Source of the DNA: Adineta vaga
Lineage: Eukaryota; Animalia; Rotifera
Assembly (NCBI GenBank): GCA_021613535.1
Contig: CP075497.1
Location: 8,308,001-8,372,000, forward strand
Direction: 5' to 3'
Length of the DNA: 64,000 nucleotides
Shown here: piece after piece, positions 53,108-64,000 of the stretch
Layout of the letters: every line of letters starts with the position of its first letter
Position numbering within the stretch: the stretch's first letter is position 1
Notes under the pieces: model-generated
Databases searched by the model: none
What the model saw: only the letters and a program-made list of their open reading frames with translations
What the model was told of the DNA's origin: nothing
Program-made: the position numbers and the translations under genes

Positions 53108-54920
53108 ATGAAGAACCAACTCGAAGATTTACCAAATGAGCTCTTATGGCTCATTTTAGAATATATTCCATCGATTGATTTATTTGTTGCATTTTTTAAT
53201 CTTAATCAACGTATGAATACAATTCTTCGTTCAATACATTTTCATCTTAATTTACAATATATAAATAAATCTCAATATGATTATTATCTTCATACGATTC
53301 TTCCAAATATTGAATCGAATTGGATTATTTCTCTTCGTCTCGATGATATTACCAATCATCTTGAATCAATAAAAACTTCGAAATATTTACGATCATTAAC
53401 AATTCATCATTTACGAACAGAAAGTATTGATTATTTAGCTAAAGAAATCTTACCTGATTTAAAACAATTGAAATACTTATCTTTACATTCAGAATATTTA
53501 TTAAAAGATGATGATATTAAATCTTTAAGCAAAGTGATTTTCAATAATGAAATGTCTTCATTAACATATTGTTATTTAGCTTTTCAAGATTTTGGTTGTA
53601 TGAATTTTAATCATTTAGATCGTGGAAAACAAAATTTATCATTAAAAACATTAATTCTTGATCAATGGTGTCGATTGAATGATTTTATTCAATTACTTCA
53701 TTTTATACCCAATATTCGACGATTAACTGTTCGATTGTCTTATATTAATCCTAAAGGGTAAATATCTTCGATTCAAATTCATAGATAATATTATTTCTAT
53801 TGATTTCAGAGTGATTATTCCATCGTTAATGGCGATCAATGATTTCAGTGTTCTTGTTCCACATTTAATTTATCTTCGTGCTAAACTTTCACAAATTTCT
53901 TTCGTTACTGCCACAAAAATTCTCTTTCTTCGTTTACCAACTCAACTTCGTGAATTATCACTATCAACTTGGTCAATTGAATATACCGATGGTGATCAAT
54001 GGCAAACAATTCTTTCATCTCGATTTCCTCATTTACAACATTTTCGTTTAATTATTTCACTTGATCGTATTCCTCTCAATCATCCAATTGCTACTAATAC
54101 TGATCTTGATAATATCGTTAAATCATTTAATCAATCGAAATATTTTCTTGATCGTCATTGGAATGTTTTAATCAATATTAATGAACGTGATCGTTTAAAA
54201 TTTGTTTTACATACAATACCGTATCCAATTGAGAACTTTCAAACAACACTTTATAATATTCGTCGTTGTACATCATCATCATCAATGATTCAATCCGCGT
54301 ATACTAATGTGACAAAATTAACTCTAACACTACATGATAATCTTTCTTCTGTGATAGATAATTCAAATGAATATCGAAATTTTTCACGAGTTGAAGAACT
54401 TACTTTTCTATCGAATTTATCCAATGATTGTCAACAATTTTTTTCGAATGATTATTTTCAAAATTTACAAACGATCGTCAATCTATCAACCATAACATCA
54501 TTGAGTTTCCCGGAAGAAACACATCAATATCCATTACAATTAATCAATTTACTTTTAAAAAATCTCATTCAACTTCATTCGTTAACACTTTCTCATCGGT
54601 TATATGTTTGTTTAAAACCACAATTAATCAGTTCTTTGAAAATGTTAACATTAATTTTTACAATCTATTCATCAATATCACCATCAGCAACAAGTATACG
54701 ACATTTATTACCTGCGAATCTCATTCTAACAAATGACTCAATCATAGAACTTGTAGAAACATTAGCAACAACGAATTTACAAACATTAACATTACTTGTG
54801 AGAGAATTAGGTGTATTTGATGAACAATTTTCTGATTGGTTAGAAAATCATTTTACAAAGAAAGAAAACATTTCATATGATCTATTGCTCAATGATAAAA
54901 TAGTTCGTTTTCATTTTTGA
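53108..54920 (+). CDS. F-box/LRR-like protein 1 (bdelloid-type expansion); one intron ~53758-53809
   Basis: LEDLPNELLWLILEYI..DLFVAFFNLNQRMNTIL F-box; LxxLxL repeats; DGDQWQTIL and LHTIPYP motifs. Confidence 0.85.
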
Positions 54921-55008
54921 ATTCAGATAATAATCGAACTTGTTTCATGCAATTTTTACTTAGTTTTGTATATCGTATTAATAAAACGCGTTTTTTTTCT
55001 TCTTTCAG

Positions 55009-57054
55009 ATGTCGTTTGAAAAGAGTTTTCCCGATGAAATTATTCTTGAAATATGTCGTTATTTACATCCAATTGATATTATTCTATCATTTGCTGGTCT
55101 CAATCATCGATTAAATGGAACAATTAGTGATTTTATTCGTCATATTCATTTATCTTCGATAATTTCCCATGAAAAATATCTTTATCTTATTCGAACAACT
55201 CTACCATCAATCTGGTCATTGATGCAATCATTAACAATCGATAATTCTCAAATACCTTGTCTGACAAGATTATTTTTAGATAATACAGAACGAATTTTAC
55301 CAACAAATCTAAAACGATTATGTTTATTTCATTTGAATACGAATGAAATTTATCATTTTATCAATCGATTGATGCATCAATGTGTAGTAGAAGAATTAAT
55401 TATTGAATGTATGGATGATGATTTTGTAAATCAACAAGAATTATATGGATATCGTATTGCACAAATGCTCGTTTTTCATCATCCAACATTAAAATCCATT
55501 GAATTACGTGGAGAAATTCTATTTGATATAAATCATCTATCATTTTTATCTTTGTCGAATAGCGACGATTTAAATGTAAGAAAGAATATTTTACCGTTCA
55601 AATTAATCTCGTTTTTATCCTAGTTGATTTCGAATGCTAACGGTTTATCTGTTCTTCGTCGTTTAACAATATCGCTTCGATCGTTAAGTAGTTTACATTT
55701 ACTTCTCATTTATCAACCCTATCTGGAATATTTGAATGTACATATTGGTGATGGTAAATCAAATTATGATTATACAATAACATCATTTCCACCATTATCT
55801 AAACTTCGTGAATTTCATTTTCGTTCAGAAGATTTAGTAATTAAATTCGATAATCTTGTTGAACTTTTAACTTATTTTCCAAATTTAAAATCCTTATCAA
55901 TAGATTTAACAACTGAATGTCGTTCATTCTTTGATGGAGATCTACTTCAAATATTAGTTCAATCACTTGATTTATTTCAATTTTCAATCGCACGTTTTTC
56001 ACCACCTACATCTGAAGAACAAACTTTATCAACATTCTATACACCATTTTGGTTAGAAATAAAGAAATGGTATACACAATGTTATTGGCATATTGATGAA
56101 GATCAATCAGATGCGGATTATTTTCATATCTATTCTGTACCATTTTCATTTACTGAATTAGATATTTATAAATGTACGAATGAAAATTTAGTATCAAAAG
56201 AAAAATTCAAACCGTTTGTACAAGTTAAACGATTGGAATTAAGTGAAACGAGTGATGTGAATGTTATCCCTTTTTTGAAACGATGTCCAAATATTCAGAC
56301 GATTTGTTTGAATGATGTATATGATGATGAAGAAAATTATGGAACCGATGAAGAAGAAGATATGGATCAAATTGACGAAAGTAAGGAAGATTTGTGAGAT
56401 CAAGTTCTTTTCTTTTATCCGATGAGGAAAATGAGATATCATTACTTTTTAGATGTAATATTCAATGATTTTCAAACAATAAATACATCTCAATCATCGT
56501 TAACATTGTTACCTTATGTTCATCATATAAGTGTACTTGCACTTCCTGATCATGATCTTGGTTTTTTTCAACACCTATTACATGTAACACCGAATCTCAA
56601 TCGATTGAGTATATATTTTGATGATTTACTTGAAATAGTTCATATTCCACAACAGAATCTATGTGAAATGCTTCAAAAACGTATCTATCAATTAAAAATT
56701 AATTTGGATTATCTTTGGTTATTATCCGATATTCGTCGTGACATTCCAAAAATTCTTCGTATTTTTTCTCGTATCAAATCATTGACCATATCACTTCATG
56801 AAGGACAAAAACGTACATCTACCACGGTGAAAGAACTTCTTATAAATCTATTTAGATATCAAACAAATCTCTGTTGTATAAATATCAAAAGTAATTCATC
56901 AACAGGTTTTGAATCTATAAAAAAACAAGGTGATATCGATCTAATTAAAATATGGTTAATGAATACAAATGATACTCGATTTAAATATGAGAATTATCTT
57001 AAAAATTCGGTTCATATTGAATTGAATCCTTCTTCACTTGTTATTTGGTTATAA
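55009..57054 (+). CDS. F-box/LRR-like protein 2; 3 exons
   Basis: FPDEIILEICRYLHPIDIILSFAGLNHRLN F-box; FYTPFWL..KW, HIYSVPF, PNLNRLSI. Confidence 0.85.
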
Positions 57055-57212
57055 AATTAGTTTCTTTTTTTCAACTAAATCACAGAATTAAATAAGCAGA
57101 TTATGTACTGTCGGTTAGGCAATAAATCGTTTCTATTTGTTTTCGATGTTTTTCTTTGATAAATACATTTCTCAATGATTTATACAAATGAAATCATTTG
57201 TTCATTTTTCAG

Positions 57213-60417
<3,205 letters not shown>

Positions 60418-61727
60418 AATTATTATCACTGTTTTGTGATTTTGTTTTCAATTCATAATCTCTTTCTCACTTATTCAGCGAACTGAACTTGTAATTAATG
60501 ATATGTTTGACAAACAATCAGTTGTTGTATGAAGAACATACTTTAGATACTTTATTCATGAAAGAATGCTCATCAGACTCAAGATAATGAGCAAAAAATT
60601 AAAAAACTCAATGAATCAATTCATATTGACACACTTTTTTGTACTCATAGGAGATATTTCACAAAATTTCTTACTTTTGCTGCTATATATTTAACAATTT
60701 TCGTTGCTAAAACGATGATTACAAAAAAAATCGAGAATGCATGTTGTGGTTGTCTTCGCTTCGTTTGCTTCTGTCTGAAACTGTCCGTATGTAAACGTAT
60801 TGTAAATCTAATTGGGCGATAATATGTACCAATGATACGCACTGTTTCTAACGTACACAATTTTACGTTACGAGGGCGTATGCATGCACGCAAGAATTGT
60901 CTTGATTCGACTCAATTGCAAAGTTGATGACAATTTTTTGAAATACTTCTACGACCAACATATGGTATTCTATTTCTTACGTTCGGTGTGATACTTATAT
61001 AAATATTGATGTTTCTGCTTGTTTAAATACAGACCCGACGTTTCTCTACTAACAAATCGGTTGTTTATGAGTCTTAAGCTACACCAGATCGCCATCGCTG
61101 TAAGCTATTTTCCACAATAATTAAAACATCTAGAAGCAAAGAGGACTCAACACTTTTCTTTAACGCTGTGAAATATACAACAAGCTCAAATTACAGTTTG
61201 ATAAGAATTTATCAATGCTGAGTAATTGAGTATTTCGATCTAAAAAGCTCATTAATATTGCATTGTGTTTCGTGGAATTTCATTCTGTTTCTTGTCAAAA
61301 ATATTATTGTTGACTTATTTTGAAAGTTTTCGAAGATTTTCCATGCATTAATTTTATATGAAAGCATCTCCAACATTTCATTTCACATCAGTACATATAT
61401 ATGTATAGAATGAAAAATCAAACAAAACACAAATAAACAAATTTGTCCTATATTTTCTTCGGAATACTCATAAGAGTGCACGGTGCCCCCATCGCTTTTG
61501 AAATGCATGAGTTTACATTCGATCTTTCATTAAAGAAGTTTTCTCTTATAGATATATTTTATTTTATTTTATTTCCTTTCAGATTTCAAAACATGTATTC
61601 AATACGTCCTTATAGTTCGGAAAATCTTGAAATCGATTTACCCACAATGATGTATTCAATTAAACCATTTATATAACAGTTGAAAGTAAATACTTGTCAT
61701 GTGTTTGTTTCATTCTATTGAAATTTT

Positions 61728-62297
61728 CTATGTATGTGGTCGTTTGAGCAAATCAAAACGATTTGATATCGGCACATTAAATTCATATTTCGCTTTTCGT
61801 TTTCGTAATTGTTTTGTTGTTGGAGCTAAAGCTTGATTCGTATTATTAGTTAAATATTCATCGTAATAATCCATGAATTGATCGATTAATTCATCTTTTC
61901 TATCAATAAAATCTAAATAACGTTCATAGAAATAACATTGACGTTGTTTTAAATTGAACATATCACGTTCAATTTCACGCATTTCAAGTAGACACGCGTC
62001 AAGTTCTCGAGCAAGATGATCTTGATTTCGAAGATCTTCATAAAGTTCTCCATCAAATTTTTCTAAATAACTATCAGAAAGGATATTATTAAGAACAGGT
62101 CCAAGAAGAATGTCACGTTGTGAATCAGTCGTAATCGAAATCGAATCAGGTGAATTCTGTTCAGTTGTTTTCGTCGTCGTCGATGTTGCTGAAACTAATA
62201 CTGTTGAACGTGTAGGTGACGTATACAAGAAATGAAATCGATTTAATAAACGTCGAACATTAGTTAAATGTTCGAAGACAGTGAATAGTGCGAGCAT
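61728..62297 (-). CDS. Hypothetical coiled-coil protein, intronless, ~189 aa
   Basis: Long ORF with genome-typical codon usage; ATG at 62297; heptad region, basic KQLRKRK and terminal VPISNRFDLL. Confidence 0.5.
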   Translation of the reverse strand: MLALFTVFEHLTNVRRLLNRFHFLYTSPTRSTVLVSATSTTTKTTEQNSPDSISITTDSQRDILLGPVLNNILSDSYLEKFDGELYEDLRNQDHLARELDACLLEMREIERDMFNLKQRQCYFYERYLDFIDRKDELIDQFMDYYDEYLTNNTNQALAPTTKQLRKRKAKYEFNVPISNRFDLLKRPHT

Positions 62298-63706
62298 CAA
62301 GTCTTCTCGTTAATGTCTGATTTCTCATATAGTTTCTCCATACCATCTGTTGCTTTTTCTTCTTCGAATATAATTACCATTTGATGACAATAACATAAAG
62401 CTTATTTTATCGCTTCGTCGCTTATTTGTCTTCTTCTTCTATTTTAATACAATAGTTTTCCTCCTCTCTCTTTTAGCCATCACCGTCCTCGAACGCCGAT
62501 TCACTATTAAAAGATATTGAACATTGACAAGATATTTTATTAGACAGACTCAATTATCTGTATAATGAACTATGTTATTATCACAACTTTCAAGTAAAAT
62601 ATCCCCAAGAATAACTAATACAATCTATTCATGAAGAAATAGTTGTGCATTTATCAGCCAAACAACCATCCAAAGAAATTTTGAACCTTATTGAACAATT
62701 TCATGATCGACTTTCAATTCGAACGTATCGTCATTCATCATTGCGTGACAATTCAATCAATAATCAATTTCAAAATTTATTTTCAAACAACCGATTATTA
62801 ACAATTATTTGGGCTGATCATGAAAATCTTCCTTAAATGTTTCATTCAAAATTGAATCTCAACACAGAACAATCAATTGTCAAGCATCTTACTAATAAAT
62901 TAGCAAATAACAATTAAATGTCATATTTTTTTCTACCAATGACATTCAGTTTTATTTTTCTTTAAACATTTGCTAAGAATGATGCGACTTAGATCTCTAT
63001 ATGTGTAGAGAAGAAAAAAAGAAACAGATCAACATTTAGTAAGAGTTCATGTGTTGTTTTTTCTCGTAATTCAAGTACACCCGCTCCCATTATAACACCT
63101 CCTACTATTTTTCTCATTGTCTCTACTTCAAAATCATAGCGAAAAGAAAACAACAAGAAAGAAACTTAAAGTAACGAAAGAAGAAAAAAAATGAGTAGTA
63201 ATGAGAATCTAGGAGTGAAACATAAATAACTTATTGTCATATTTAAGACGCGCAAGCATGTGTGTACGTGTATGCGCTGACGACATCACTAACGAGTATG
63301 TTTACATAGATTGTGATACTACTGCATCAAAGCCGAGAGACGTAAGAAAAAAGGGATGAAAAGAATAGAAAAAAAACATCGATTCTCCTAGACTTTTTCT
63401 ATCGTTATTTGTTGCACAGAAAGCTTCGTTCTGTTCTCTTTTTTCTTCTCAGTACCAGGATAGACCAGAAGCGTAAAAGAAAAAAAAATTGCCTATTACT
63501 CTCAAAGTCTTCGTGTTCTTCTTTTCCTCTTTCAGAAATAAAGATCATGCAAAGATAAAATTTCAATCTTTTCTTTTTCTTCTTCCCCTAATAATATTAA
63601 CTATTTATAATCTATCTAACAAAACGTGTACTAATTTATTCATTTTTTCAATTTATCGTATATCAGATATTGTTTCAATCAATCTTTTCCATATTTCACT
63701 CTGTAG

Positions 63707-64000
63707 ATGTCGGATTCAACAACAACAACAACAACAACAACGACAAATGAGAGCCAAAAAAGTTCAATTATATCGGATTTTACGAATGTTACACAATCAG
63801 CAGCTGCCGAACAACAACCTTCGATAAAAAGTGCTCGATCTTCGATTTTATTAAATGGACCTAGTATGAAAGATCAATCATCATCATCATTTACAGTATC
63901 TCTTGATGATCGTTCAAAATATCGTTCACCATTAGTTTCACGTTATGCATCCGTAGAGATGAGTTTCAATTTTAGTGAAGTCAAAAAGTTTTCGACTTGG
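63707..64000 (+). CDS. ADSL: Adenylosuccinate lyase, 5' end; runs off the window (absent from the ORF track)
   Basis: AG|ATG at 63707 is open to the window end and finishes [28 protein letters not shown], the conserved ADSL N-terminal motif. Confidence 0.88.
   Translation, partial: MSDSTTTTTTTTTNESQKSSIISDFTNVTQSAAAEQQPSIKSARSSILLNGPSMKDQSSSSFTVSLDDRSKYRSPLVSRYASVEMSFNFSEVKKFSTW

Noticed and set aside
60645-61100. Relatively GC/CpG-richer stretch with short minus-strand ORFs
   Set aside because: No ATG-initiated ORF of length, no repeat termini and no RNA-gene motif found.

Overview
AT-rich, gene-dense eukaryotic (animal) DNA with many short (about 50-65 nt) GT-AG introns. Intron size, F-box/LRR expansion, TPR and receiver-like families, a PLS-type PPR gene and bacterial/fungal-like intronless genes suggest a bdelloid rotifer (inferred, not proven). 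Recognisable housekeeping genes: GUF1 (partial), CHAF1B, PPP1R14/CPI-17, TMEM184, PSMD8, NAPG, TMEM256, UBE4A, ATAT1, a GT7 beta-1,4-galactosyltransferase, ANKRD53-like, an MFS transporter, POLR2E, DDX10 and ADSL (partial). The most notable observations are: (1) three near-identical tandem copies of a secreted 225-aa precursor made of amphipathic units that are separated by its only four Arg residues, a candidate polyprotein of membrane-active peptides, homogenised from start to stop codon; (2) a 23.7-30.3 kb accessory island bounded by ends of one TA-target TIR element family, carrying telomere-like (TGTGGG) motifs, a TPR remnant and an intronless OTT_1508-like deaminase broken only by two in-frame stops; (3) a plant-style P-L-S PPR gene directly upstream of mitochondrial GUF1; (4) several co-directional gene runs with 70-160 bp spacers (AATAAA, T-rich tract, AG acceptor, ATG) that look like trans-spliced operons. 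All calls come from reading the sequence by eye and from motif memory; no searches were run, and exon boundaries are approximate.
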